This document shows positions 7,513-16,832 of a stretch of DNA of 64,000 nucleotides, piece by piece. The DNA is taken from positions 20,141 to 84,140 of the forward strand of contig CAIKOA010000032.1 in assembly GCA_903828955.1 (NCBI GenBank). Reading direction: 5' to 3'. The DNA comes from an uncultured Candidatus Micrarchaeota archaeon (GTDB taxonomy: Archaea > Micrarchaeota > Micrarchaeia > Anstonellales > Bilamarchaeaceae). The translations under genes were made by a program, and so were the position numbers. Below the pieces are notes generated by a model that was not told the DNA's origin, searched no databases, and saw only the letters and a list, made by a program, of their open reading frames with translations. The stretch's first letter is position 1, and the number at the start of each line of letters is the position of its first letter.

Positions 7513-9294
7513 ATGGAGATGGATGAGCTTCTCATCAGCACAGGAGTAGATTCGCTTATTCGCCTCATAAAGGAAAAGAAGAGGATAGAGCTTACAATGG
7601 TTTCCAAGCTCCTCAACCTGCCCGCAAGCACCATTGAGGACTGGGCCCACATTCTCGAAGAGGAAGGCATCATAAAGATAGATTACCAGCTCACAAAAGT
7701 CTACTTTGTCTGGGCAGAGGCAACAATTGATGAAATCGAGCGCGAGCGGGGGGTATTCACAGCGCGCAAGGGAGCGGTAAACGAACAGGTCCAAAAGGTC
7801 CAGGGGGTACAGGAAGAAGGCGCAAAGGACCTGGAAGCATACGCAAAGGACATGGAGAAAATCACTGCAATGTTCTCCCAGAAGTTCGCAAGGCTTGAGC
7901 AGATTTCCGCCCAGCTGGACGAAACCTCCAAAAAGCGCGGAGAGAGCTCCAAAGTTTCCGAAGAAAAGCTCGATTCGCTCTTCTCAAAAATAGCCGAAGT
8001 GGAATCCTCCATGAAGGAACTCACGGCTCAGCTCAAGGAGGCCGGAGGCGCATTCGCGCACGAGGGAATCGAGGAGAAAATGGCCAGCATCAAGAAGGCA
8101 AAGGAAAACATGAAGGCGCTCGATTCCAAAGTGAATTCTCTCATGAAGAAGGTCGAGGAGGCCCGCACAAAAGCCCCCAAGGAGGGAAGCGTGGAGCTTG
8201 GCTCTATGAAATCCGATTTCGAAGGCTTGCGCAGGGAATTTGCAAAAATGCGCGAGGAATCCGAATACCTCCGCTCCGTAATTTCCGAATTCAAGATAAA
8301 TGCGGAAACCGTCCGCGACGCGCTCGGCCACATTACCGAACTTGGAAAGCATGCTGATGACAACCGCAGCCGCTTCCAGGACGAGCTCACCCAGATTGAG
8401 AAGATAAAGGCCGAGCTCCCCACACTTGAAAAGCGCATAAAGGAGGACCTTGCGGTCGCAGACCAGTATTCCGAAACAATCAGCGTTGCGCAGGAAGTTC
8501 TCCAGAACGTGCCCCCCAAAGAAGAGGTGCTTTCCCGCCTTGGGGAAATAGAGAAGGAAGAGGAAAGAATCACTACCGAATTCCGGCGCTTCGAGGCAAC
8601 CCTTTCAGGGGCAAGCGGAAACGCCCTCGCCCTAGGAGACCTCATAGATGAACTTGAAGACATGAAGGAGGAGGTGGAATCCGCACGCAGGCAGCTCTCG
8701 GAGGAAGCTGACGAAATCCTCTCCGCAATTGAAGAGGAGACCGCAACCTACGAAACATTCCAGAAAATAAAGGCAAAGACAAAATCCTCAATCGATGCCT
8801 ACCTTTCGCAGCTTGCAAAAATCCGCGAGGACGGGAAGCAGATAAAGGGAGAGCTCACCGCGCTTAGGGAGGAGACCTCCAAAAGAATGGAGGAATTGAT
8901 TTCTTCTGTTTCTCCCGCTTCCGCAAAGGAGGCGGCAGGGCTGCTCACAGAGCTCAAGGCAAAGAAGGCCGACTTAGACCGCATCCGCGCAATAATCGCG
9001 GACCTGAATGCGCGCTCGATGATGATTGAAAAGAACATCAAGCTCCTCTCAAGGGAAGCGCAGTTGATAGAATTGAGGGAAGCTTCCCTCGGATCAGGCG
9101 CCCCGGCTCAGAGAGAAGAGGAAAGGGGAGAGAAGGGAGAAAAAGGCGCAAAGCCTTCAGTTCCGGCTCCCGGAAGCAGGGAGGCAAAGGAAGCAAAAGA
9201 AAAAGCCTCCCTGAGCAAGAACGAGCAGGAAGAGTTCGAGTCCAAAAGGAAGGAATTAAAAGACCTGATACGCAAGTTATGGGAATCAGAATAA
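7513..9294 (+). CDS. wHTH (TrmB-like) N-terminal domain fused to a long coiled-coil; pilus-locus accessory protein
   Basis: The start is taken at MEMDELLIS. The ORF track offers an alternative upstream start at 7450. The N-terminal is STGVDSLIRLIKEKKRIELTMVSKLLNLPASTIEDWAHILEEEGIIKIDYQ. The rest is heptad-rich E/K/L/A sequence for about 500 aa. Confidence 0.6.
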   Translation: MEMDELLISTGVDSLIRLIKEKKRIELTMVSKLLNLPASTIEDWAHILEEEGIIKIDYQLTKVYFVWAEATIDEIERERGVFTARKGAVNEQVQKVQGVQEEGAKDLEAYAKDMEKITAMFSQKFARLEQISAQLDETSKKRGESSKVSEEKLDSLFSKIAEVESSMKELTAQLKEAGGAFAHEGIEEKMASIKKAKENMKALDSKVNSLMKKVEEARTKAPKEGSVELGSMKSDFEGLRREFAKMREESEYLRSVISEFKINAETVRDALGHITELGKHADDNRSRFQDELTQIEKIKAELPTLEKRIKEDLAVADQYSETISVAQEVLQNVPPKEEVLSRLGEIEKEEERITTEFRRFEATLSGASGNALALGDLIDELEDMKEEVESARRQLSEEADEILSAIEEETATYETFQKIKAKTKSSIDAYLSQLAKIREDGKQIKGELTALREETSKRMEELISSVSPASAKEAAGLLTELKAKKADLDRIRAIIADLNARSMMIEKNIKLLSREAQLIELREASLGSGAPAQREEERGEKGEKGAKPSVPAPGSREAKEAKEKASLSKNEQEEFESKRKELKDLIRKLWESE

Positions 9295-9310
9295 AATATA
9301 ATGATAAATA

Positions 9311-11164
9311 ATGGTGGAGAATATGCCAAAAAATGACAAACCCGCCCAAAAGGGAGAAAAGAAAAACCCCGCAAAGAAAAGCGTTAGCGACATCATCAAG
9401 AGAATACGCGAGTCCCAGATGAAGGCTTCCCAGGCAGCAGAAGAGCCGGAAGAACGCACCGAGGAACTCCGCCCTGAAGAGCCCGAAGAGGCCCCGGAAG
9501 AGGCGCCCGCAGAGGAAACCCCTGCGGAGGAAGCCCCGGAAAAGGACGAGGCAGAGGCGGTCCGCGACCAGATGGAATTCTCCGAGGAAAAGGAAACTCC
9601 CCCTGCCGAAGAGGAAACGCATGAACCCGCTTCTGAACAAGAACCCGCACAGGAACCCGAACCCGAAGAGGCCCCGCGTGGAAGAAGGGAAAAAGTGATC
9701 GATTCCTACACGTTCCTTAGCGAGTCAATCCCGGTAGAAGTTACGATACTTGAAACCGAGGACTTCGTCCCAATCTACTCGATTTCCATTCCGGGAATCG
9801 CAGGGGGGACAAAGCTCCTTCTTGAAACGAAGCTCAGAGGCGAATTAATTTCCGACGTAAAACTCGACATCACCGAAATCCTCGACCCGAAGAAGGTCGA
9901 GATGGTGAAATCCAAGTTCAGGGACTCCGCAATGAAGGTCCTTGCAAAGAACTTCCCGCAACTTCCGGAGGACAAGAGGAACATACTTGCCTCTTACCTG
10001 ATCCAGAACACGCTCGGGCTCGGGGAACTCGAAACCCCGCTCCACGATGAACTCCTGGAAGAAGTCGTAGTCAACAACTCCCGCGACCCCGCATGGGTCT
10101 ACCACAAGAAATACGGCTGGTGCAAAACCAACCTTAAACTCAAGAACGAGGAGAAGATTTACGACTACGCATCGCTGGTTGCAAGAAAGGTGGGAAGGCA
10201 GATCAACATCCTCGCCCCGCTTCTCGATGCGCACCTTCCAAACGGGGACCGTGTGAACTCCACTTTGTTCCCGGTTTCCAATTTCGGAAATACGCTCACG
10301 GTGAGAAAATTCTCAAGGAACCCCTGGACAGTCACGAACCTCATCCGCGGAAAAACCATTACTCCTGAAGTTGCAGCCACAATCTGGATGGCGGTGCAGA
10401 GCGAACTTTCCTTGATAGTTGCAGGAGGCACAGGAAGCGGAAAAACTTCCTTCCTTAACGCGCTCGCAGGATTGGTCCCCGCAAACCAGAGAATAATCAG
10501 CATTGAGGACACAAGGGAGCTCACCCTCCCCACATTCCTGCACTGGGTGCCCATGGTTACCCGTGAGCCCAATCCGGAAGGAAAGGGCGAAGTCACCATG
10601 CTTGACTTGATGGTGAACGCACTCCGGCAGAGGCCCGACCGCATAATCGTGGGAGAAGTAAGGAGGCAGAACGAAGCCGAAGTGCTCTTTGAAGCGATGC
10701 ACACCGGGCACTCGGTATATGCAACACTCCACGCGGATAATGCGGAGCAGGCAATCACAAGGCTCATTAACCCGCCAATTAATGTGCCCGCAGAAAACCT
10801 GGATGCGCTCGCAGGGATTGTCGTCCAATACAGGCACAGGCGCCAGAACGTAAGGAGGACGCTCGAATTTGCGGAAGTGGGCAAGAACGGAAAACTGAAC
10901 ACCGTATACCGCTGGGACTCGAAACGCGACGCAATGATAAAGTCCGGAAAGCTGGACAAGATCGCAACCACTATTGAACTCTACTCAGGCCTGAGCGACA
11001 AGGAAATCGATTCCGAAATCGCGGAGAAGGTGCAGGTGCTCAACTGGATGGTCAAGAACGGATACGAAGCCGTAAATGAAGTCGGCTCAATCGTTTCCAA
11101 CTACTACAAGACCCCGGACGAAGTGCTTGAAAGCGCGCGCAAGGGCAGGAAGTGGGAGTTCTGA
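9311..11164 (+). CDS. Type IV pilus / archaellum-family assembly ATPase (FlaI / PilB / GspE superfamily) with ~120-aa acidic N-terminal extension
   Basis: Walker A is GGTGSGKTSFLNALAG. The Asp box / Walker B (RIISIEDTRE ... DRIIVGEVRRQNE) and His box (HTGHSVYATLHAD) are present. The first ~120 aa are E/P/A-rich low complexity. Confidence 0.9.
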   Translation: MVENMPKNDKPAQKGEKKNPAKKSVSDIIKRIRESQMKASQAAEEPEERTEELRPEEPEEAPEEAPAEETPAEEAPEKDEAEAVRDQMEFSEEKETPPAEEETHEPASEQEPAQEPEPEEAPRGRREKVIDSYTFLSESIPVEVTILETEDFVPIYSISIPGIAGGTKLLLETKLRGELISDVKLDITEILDPKKVEMVKSKFRDSAMKVLAKNFPQLPEDKRNILASYLIQNTLGLGELETPLHDELLEEVVVNNSRDPAWVYHKKYGWCKTNLKLKNEEKIYDYASLVARKVGRQINILAPLLDAHLPNGDRVNSTLFPVSNFGNTLTVRKFSRNPWTVTNLIRGKTITPEVAATIWMAVQSELSLIVAGGTGSGKTSFLNALAGLVPANQRIISIEDTRELTLPTFLHWVPMVTREPNPEGKGEVTMLDLMVNALRQRPDRIIVGEVRRQNEAEVLFEAMHTGHSVYATLHADNAEQAITRLINPPINVPAENLDALAGIVVQYRHRRQNVRRTLEFAEVGKNGKLNTVYRWDSKRDAMIKSGKLDKIATTIELYSGLSDKEIDSEIAEKVQVLNWMVKNGYEAVNEVGSIVSNYYKTPDEVLESARKGRKWEF

Positions 11165-11175
11165 GGTAAACGCAA

Positions 11176-12761
11176 TGGATTTCAGGTCCTCTGTAGAAGA
11201 TATCGCGGCAATCGAAAAGAATGCGGCAGAATACAAACCTGCAAAAGGCGATACCTACAAGGCGGAGCGCGTCATAGAGATGTCCCCCCAGGAAATCCTG
11301 GACATGGGCTATGATGAGGCACTCAACCAATACGACCGAATTGAGAAAATAATCAGCGCCTCCAGCATGGACGTCGGCCTAATTGGCACCGGAATGCAGC
11401 CAGAAGCGCCCGCAGAGGAAGCGCCACCTGCAGAAGTTAGCGCAGAGGCGCAAAACGCGGCAGCGCAGATGCGCTCAATAAGCGCCGCAAGCGCCCGCGA
11501 ATCTGAAATTCTCACAAAACCCAAAGAGGAGAGGCCTGCAATTTCTCTTCAGGGGCAGAAGCCCGTGGCCCCCCAGGCGCCTGCAAAGGCGCCGCCCGCA
11601 GAAGAAATGCCTCTTCCAGAAGAGGAAAGGGCTCCGCCTTCCGCTCCTTCACCCGCTCCTTCATTAATGAAGAGGAAAATGCCAAGGGAAGAGGTTCCCC
11701 CGGAAGAGGAGAAGGAAGAGGCTCTTCCCGAAGCCCCGGCCCCAATAACTGAAAAAATGCCACCCGCTCCTCCAAGAGAGTATGTTCCCCCAGCCCCCCG
11801 CTTTGTTGAAAAGCCCGGGGCTCCTCTCCCGGAGATAGGAATGCCCGCCCTGCTTTCAGAATCCCCTGAACGGAGCGCGGAAGCAACAATAAGCCGCCTT
11901 GAGCAGCAATTCCAGGCCCAGTTCGCCCCGGCCGCGGGAAAGGCTGCAGGGGCAGGAAAGAAAGTTGACACGGAAGGCGCTAAGAAGAGGATGATGGAGC
12001 TCACGCGCGAGCTTTTCCGCGAGCGCTCCTTTGACCGCCGCGAAGAGATAAAGAAGGAAATCGTCCTACTCAAAAACATGATTGCGGATGCGGGGGTTGC
12101 CCCTAAGGCCGGCGCAGGTGCAGGCGCTCCCGCAGCCGGCGCATTCCTCACCGCGCTAAAAGGAAGCCAGGAATACGAGCTTTCCGCAGCAAAAAAAACA
12201 ATCCGGGAGGCCTTTGAGCAGAACCTCAAATCCCTCTCATCGCAGATGGAGATGCAGATGGCCCTTGAAAAGAAGGAAGAGGCAGTGGACTCCTTTGAGG
12301 GCAATGCGGTTTCACTCGAGCAGAGGCTCATCACAATCATTGAAAAATACCAGATTTTCATCACCGCAAAGCACAATGCGGAACTCTCCGCGCTTTCGGC
12401 AAAGGGCCTTTCCTCAGCGGAATCCGAAAAGATGCGCGAAACGCTCCGCGACCGCTATGCCCATGATTTCTCCTCGCTCAAGAATACAATAGGCGAAGAA
12501 ATACACTCAAAGGTCCAGAACGCAAAGGAAACGCTTACAGAGCAAGCAGGGGACCCGAAAGCAAGGGCAATTGCGCAGGTAAACCGGGCAACGGAGGAGG
12601 AACTCCTGAACCTGCTCCAGTCAACGGACCCGCGCAGCTATGAGAAGTATGCGCGGGGCGAGCTTACGCGCGCAGAGGCCCTCACTTCCGCAAGAAGGAG
12701 GATGGCCCTTCAGGCAGGCCTTGATGAGGATACCATAAATAAACATTTTGGTGGTAAGTAA
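11176..12761 (+). CDS. P/A/E-rich + coiled-coil hypothetical protein between the ATPase and platform genes
   Basis: The ATG at 11176 is 9 nt after the ATPase stop. The ORF track's 11076 start overlaps the ATPase. The N-half is Pro/Ala/Glu-rich and the C-half is helical (EELLNLLQSTDPRSYEKYARGELTRAEAL). Confidence 0.55.
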
Positions 12762-12778
12762 CTAGAGAATATTCAACG

Positions 12779-13678
12779 GTGAAGACGATGCAAAAGACCA
12801 AACAAGTGGTGACCCCGGTTGCCCTTCCAGTAAGGGAACAGGCCCAGAGGGGCCCCCTTCGTTCCTTTTCGGAATACGTACTTCCGTATTTCCCTGCACT
12901 CCGCAAGCAATTGCTCCTTGCGGATGTGAGGACATCCCCCGAAGCCTTCATGGACAAGGTCCTTTTGTTCACAATTTGCACAGCGATTGTGCTTACTGTG
13001 CTCGCGGCAGCAATTTTCCGCTACGCGTTGGTAGATATGATATTCGCAGTGCCGCTGTTCTTTGTCCTCCTGTTTGTAGGTTTCTTCTACTTCATGGCTT
13101 ACCCAACCGTAATGGTAATCCGCAGGAGAAAGATGATAGACTACGAACTCGTGTTCGCAGTCCGCCACCTCCTTATCGGGCTCCGCGCAGGGATGCCCCT
13201 TTTCGATGCAATGGTGGGAGTTTCCCGCGGTTATGGCGAAGTGAGCAAGGAGTTCAACAGAATAGTAGAGAAAGTGACCCTGGGAACCCCGATGTCGCAG
13301 GCAATGCGCGAAGTTGCGCAGAGCAACCCGTCCTCTTCCTTCCAGAGAGTGATGACGCAGCTCGCAAACACGATTGGTTCAGGGGCCGACGTTGCGGATT
13401 CACTAGAAGTCGTTCTCAACCAGATATTCAAGGAGCAGGTCCTTGAGCTGAAAGCCTACGGGCAGAAGCTCAACCCGCTCATAATGTTCTACATGATTTT
13501 CGGGATCATCTTCCCCTCGCTGGGGCTTGCATTTGCGATAATCGTGTTTTCATTTATAGGCTCAGGCCGTTTCGAGATAAACGCGCCCGTCCTTCTCCTC
13601 TTCCTGGTGATGGTCGGCGTGATTCAGTTCATGTTCCTCTCGATGGCTGAGACCTCAAGGCCGAGGTATGCATTCTAG
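12779..13678 (+). CDS. Pilus/archaellum platform protein, FlaJ/TadB-like (T2SS-F domain), first half
   Basis: The T2SSF-domain signature is LLIGLRAGMPLFDAMVGVSRGYGEVSKEFNRIVEKVTLGTPMSQAMREVAQSNPSSSFQRVMTQL. Polytopic TM segments are present. Confidence 0.8.
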   Translation: MKTMQKTKQVVTPVALPVREQAQRGPLRSFSEYVLPYFPALRKQLLLADVRTSPEAFMDKVLLFTICTAIVLTVLAAAIFRYALVDMIFAVPLFFVLLFVGFFYFMAYPTVMVIRRRKMIDYELVFAVRHLLIGLRAGMPLFDAMVGVSRGYGEVSKEFNRIVEKVTLGTPMSQAMREVAQSNPSSSFQRVMTQLANTIGSGADVADSLEVVLNQIFKEQVLELKAYGQKLNPLIMFYMIFGIIFPSLGLAFAIIVFSFIGSGRFEINAPVLLLFLVMVGVIQFMFLSMAETSRPRYAF

Positions 13679-14753
13679 GGGGATTACGATGAGCGCGCTC
13701 ATGGGTTTTTACGAAACAATCGGAAGGCTTCTTTCCAGGAAGCAGGTTCGTGACATTGAAAAGTCGCTTGCAGGGGCAGGCATCATGATCGCCCCGGAAT
13801 CCTTCATAGGTTTCTTCCTTGTGATTTGCACGCTCATTTCTGCGCTCGCCTTCTTCGTAATGCTAAGCGATTCCACGGTTCCGCGCTTCCTCTATGCGGT
13901 GTTCGGGCTCGGCTTCGTGCTTCCGGAATTCGCATACGTCCTGCTTACGCTCATAATCGCATTTGCAGCCGTATTCATCTCCTTTGGATTGCTCATCTGG
14001 GTCTGGGTTGCGCTCCAATCCGAAGCGCGCAAGACTGCGGTTGAAACGGTCCTCCCGGATTTCCTCAGCCTGATGGCAGGAAACGTCCGCTCAGGAATGA
14101 CTACCGACCAGGCAATGTGGTATGCCGCAAAGCCGGAATTCGGGCTCTTTTCAATAGAAGTTAAGAAGGTAGTGAAGAACGCATTCTCCGGAGAGCCAAT
14201 TGAAAAATCCCTGGACCGCCTGGACATGCGCTTTAATTCCAGGGTTCTCCACCGCACCATCCTCCTCATGAAGCAGGCGCTTGCAACTGGGGGCGAAGTC
14301 GCGGAAATCCTTGAGGAAACCGCAGAAGATGCGCGCGAAATCCGCATCCACAAGCAGGACATTGCGGCAACCCTAATTGTATATATAATTTTCCTGGTAT
14401 TTGCAGCCACAATTGGGGCTCCGTTCCTTTTCTCGGTTGCAACCAACCTGATCGGAGTTCTTGCAATGGCATTTTCATATATCCCTTCAGGAGGCGTGGA
14501 CACTGGCAGCATGCCGGTGAGCTTCTTCGTGATGCCCCGCGCCCCTGCAATCAGCATGAGTGAGTTCTACTGGTTCAGCATCGCCCTCGTGTTCATTACC
14601 TCGGCGATGTCCTCGATGCTCCTTGGAGTGGTCCAGGGCGGCTCGAAGACCCAGGGGCTGAAATACTTCCCGTTCATGCTGATAGTTTCGTACGTTATTT
14701 ACTTCATAGTGGGCTCGTTCCTGAGCTCGATGTTTTCAAGCATGTTGTTCTGA
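13668..14753 (+). CDS. Pilus/archaellum platform protein, FlaJ/TadC-like (T2SS-F domain), second half
   Basis: A second T2SSF domain is present (DFLSLMAGNVRSGMTTDQAMWYAAKPEFGLFSIEVKKVVKNAFSGEPIEKSLDRLDMRFNSRVL). It overlaps the previous gene by 11 nt, which suggests a split FlaJ. Confidence 0.8.
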   Translation: MHSRGITMSALMGFYETIGRLLSRKQVRDIEKSLAGAGIMIAPESFIGFFLVICTLISALAFFVMLSDSTVPRFLYAVFGLGFVLPEFAYVLLTLIIAFAAVFISFGLLIWVWVALQSEARKTAVETVLPDFLSLMAGNVRSGMTTDQAMWYAAKPEFGLFSIEVKKVVKNAFSGEPIEKSLDRLDMRFNSRVLHRTILLMKQALATGGEVAEILEETAEDAREIRIHKQDIAATLIVYIIFLVFAATIGAPFLFSVATNLIGVLAMAFSYIPSGGVDTGSMPVSFFVMPRAPAISMSEFYWFSIALVFITSAMSSMLLGVVQGGSKTQGLKYFPFMLIVSYVIYFIVGSFLSSMFSSMLF

Positions 14754-14768
14754 AGAGGTTGATGAAAG

Positions 14769-15296
14769 ATGAAAAATTTGAAAGGACAAGCGGCAATGGA
14801 GTACCTGATGACTTACGGGTGGGCACTTCTAGCAATCATCATCGTGATTGCCGCGCTGCTTTATTTGAACCCGTTCCGTGCGCCAGAATTGTGCCTGTTC
14901 CAGCAGCAGGGCTTCTCCTGCAGCGAGCCGAATGCCCAGGTTTACCTTGATGGAAATAACATAGACATGAACGTAAGGCTGTGGAACAAGCTCGGAAAGA
15001 CAGTAACAATCAAGGGAATAGCCTGCACGGATTCACAGTCTGCTAAATTCAAGCTTGGTGATGCTGCAGTGAAAACCTATAGCGTGCAGATCCCGACCGG
15101 AGACTCTGCAGACTTCAAGGTAGCCGACACTATTCCTTGCTACCACGCTGATGGTACAACCAGGATTAGCGACATGAGCCTAAACCAGGAATTCCGTGGA
15201 AGGCTGATGATCTGGTACAACTACCAGGACGACCTTGACCCAAACATCCAGCACGAAGCGCAGGCAAACGTCATTTCGCTGATAGTCCAGCAGTAA
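14769..15296 (+). CDS. Type IV pilin-like protein with class III (prepilin peptidase) signal peptide
   Basis: MKNLKGQAAMEYLMTYGWALLAIIIVIAALLY is the canonical archaeal pilin/DUF361-type N-terminus (KGQ/AxEY + hydrophobic helix). Confidence 0.8.
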   Translation: MKNLKGQAAMEYLMTYGWALLAIIIVIAALLYLNPFRAPELCLFQQQGFSCSEPNAQVYLDGNNIDMNVRLWNKLGKTVTIKGIACTDSQSAKFKLGDAAVKTYSVQIPTGDSADFKVADTIPCYHADGTTRISDMSLNQEFRGRLMIWYNYQDDLDPNIQHEAQANVISLIVQQ

Positions 15297-15330
15297 ATTT
15301 TTTCTTTTTATTTTAATTTCTTTTTCTGCA
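15297..15330 (+). terminator. Oligo-T tract after the pilin gene
   Basis: aattttttctttttattttaatttctttttctgc lies immediately after the TAA stop. Confidence 0.3.
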
Positions 15331-15337
15331 ATAACTA

Positions 15338-15367
15338 GCTCAAGTGCCTACCATTCGAGCCTTCCCC
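15338..15367. pseudogene. Degenerate duplicate of the 3' end of apgM (about 75% identity to 15530-15566)
   Basis: ctcaagtgcctaccattcgagccttccccagag aligns with ttaagttccaaccatccttgctttacccatagcg, the last codons plus stop of apgM on the minus strand. Confidence 0.4.
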
Positions 15368-15514
15368 AGAGCCCTTCAGGGGGAGCGCCCCCTAAAGGTC
15401 TTCATCGTGCCACCAAGGCACTGGAATGCAACGAATATTATGCGATAATTCCCTCTCCTTCTGCGCACACTAGGTGGCCTTGGCGGCGCGACACCCCAAG
15501 CAACCCCCCATAAT
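15368..15514. repeat. Hairpin-bearing small repeat element, long copy A
   Basis: It starts agagcccttcagggggagcgccccctaaaggtcttcatc and ends aagcaaccccccataa. The same termini occur at 19853-19910. It contains the perfect hairpin AGGGGG-AGCG-CCCCCT (15378-15393). Confidence 0.5.
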
Positions 15515-15532
15515 CTGATTAGTTAAATTTGA

Positions 15533-16729
15533 TTAAGTTCCAACCATCCTTGCTTTACCCATAGCGTTCAGCATTATGGGAAGCAAATCCCATCCGTCTA
15601 TGTGCCCCAATCCTCCGCCCATGCACATAACCTCAGAGAACTTCTTCTGCGTTCCCGTTCTGAACCCAGGCCCAAAAGCAAGAAGCGGAACCTCGTCCCC
15701 GGTATGCTTTCCAAATTTGCACGCAGTGGAGTGGTCCCCGGTAATAATGATGTTTGCCCCGCTCTTTCTCAAAAGCGGAACCAATTCCTTATCCACCCTC
15801 TCAATCATTTTCTTTTTCCCTTCGAAATTCTTGTCATGCGAAAAGCTGTCCGTCGCCTTCACGTGCACAAAAACAAAATCATGGGTTTCCAGCGCTTTAA
15901 TCGCCGCATTCCCCTTCGCCTTCAAATCCGTATCCTTTGAGCCGGTCGCCCCAGGAACCGCAATTACATCCATTCCAATATATTCCGCAACTCCCTTGTA
16001 GAGCGCGCCTCCCGCAACGCATGCGCCCGTAATCCCGTGCATCTTCTCAAAAGGCTCTACTTCCCTATATGCTCCAGCTCCTCTGCAAAGAACCGCATTC
16101 GCAGGAAGTTTCCTCCCGGAATTTTCCGGGGCTCTGGAAAGCGCATCCATCGCTCTCCTAGTAAACTCATTAAGAACGCGCGCAGTCCTTTCCGCACCCG
16201 CTTTCAATGCATGCGACTGCACTACCGCTCCCAATTCATGCGGGTCGGTAGGGGAAATCTCCGCGGAAAGCCCGCTCCCATGCAGCACAACCACTCCCCT
16301 GTGCTCCACAGTGCTCACAAATAAAACTTCAACCCCCTCAATATTCATTTTCCCTATCTTCTGCTGCAATTTCTTCCCTAATTCAGTAGGAATTCTTCCG
16401 GCTCTCCTATCGATAATCTGCCCGTTGCGCACGGTTGCAAAATTCGCCCTAAAAGCCACATCTCCCCTATGCAATTTTATTCCAGACCCAAGAGCTTCCA
16501 GAGGGCCTCTTCCCCCATAGAATTCCCAGTAAGGATATCCAAGAAGAGTTAAATGCGAAGTATCGCTTCCAGGCACATTCCCCCTTCCTATAGGTGAAAG
16601 CAGCCCAAGAATCCCGCTCTTGGCCATTTTATCCATATTCGGCTTCTTAGCCGCAGAAAGGGGCGTCCTTCCCTTTGCGTCCTGAAGGTCCCCGAGCCCG
16701 TCCATTATAAGTAAAATGCCTTTTGACAT
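15533..16729 (-). CDS. apgM: 2,3-bisphosphoglycerate-independent phosphoglycerate mutase, archaeal type
   Basis: ILLIMDGLGD...GRTPLSAAKKPNMDKMAKSGILGLL...IGRGNVPGSDTSHLTLLGY are ApgM metal-binding motifs. Length is 398 aa. Confidence 0.9.
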   Translation of the reverse strand: MSKGILLIMDGLGDLQDAKGRTPLSAAKKPNMDKMAKSGILGLLSPIGRGNVPGSDTSHLTLLGYPYWEFYGGRGPLEALGSGIKLHRGDVAFRANFATVRNGQIIDRRAGRIPTELGKKLQQKIGKMNIEGVEVLFVSTVEHRGVVVLHGSGLSAEISPTDPHELGAVVQSHALKAGAERTARVLNEFTRRAMDALSRAPENSGRKLPANAVLCRGAGAYREVEPFEKMHGITGACVAGGALYKGVAEYIGMDVIAVPGATGSKDTDLKAKGNAAIKALETHDFVFVHVKATDSFSHDKNFEGKKKMIERVDKELVPLLRKSGANIIITGDHSTACKFGKHTGDEVPLLAFGPGFRTGTQKKFSEVMCMGGGLGHIDGWDLLPIMLNAMGKARMVGT

Positions 16730-16832
16730 GCTTGGGGTTCTTCATTAAGAGATTAAAAGTTTTGCATGCCTTTACAGTGGAAAGGAACCCTCCAAATCCT
16801 TTTTAATCCTTCCAACTATACCCATAGATGCT

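Noticed and set aside
8028-8663. Minus-strand ORFs (211 aa, 122 aa) inside the coiled-coil gene, and similar antisense ORFs inside the ATPase (10165-10971), the 11176 gene (11549-12376), FlaJ (13892-14557), NhaP (35270-36019) and copA (55571-56227)
   Set aside because: All are embedded in strongly supported genes on the opposite strand and have S/A/R-rich, low-complexity translations characteristic of antisense frames in GC-rich DNA.
15400-15515. Possible tRNA gene inside hairpin element copy A (GC-rich segment ggtggccttggcggcgcgacaccccaagcaacccccca)
   Set aside because: There is no T-loop (GTTCRANYC) and no acceptor/anticodon cloverleaf on either strand. A 58-bp version of the same element (copy B) lacks this segment entirely.
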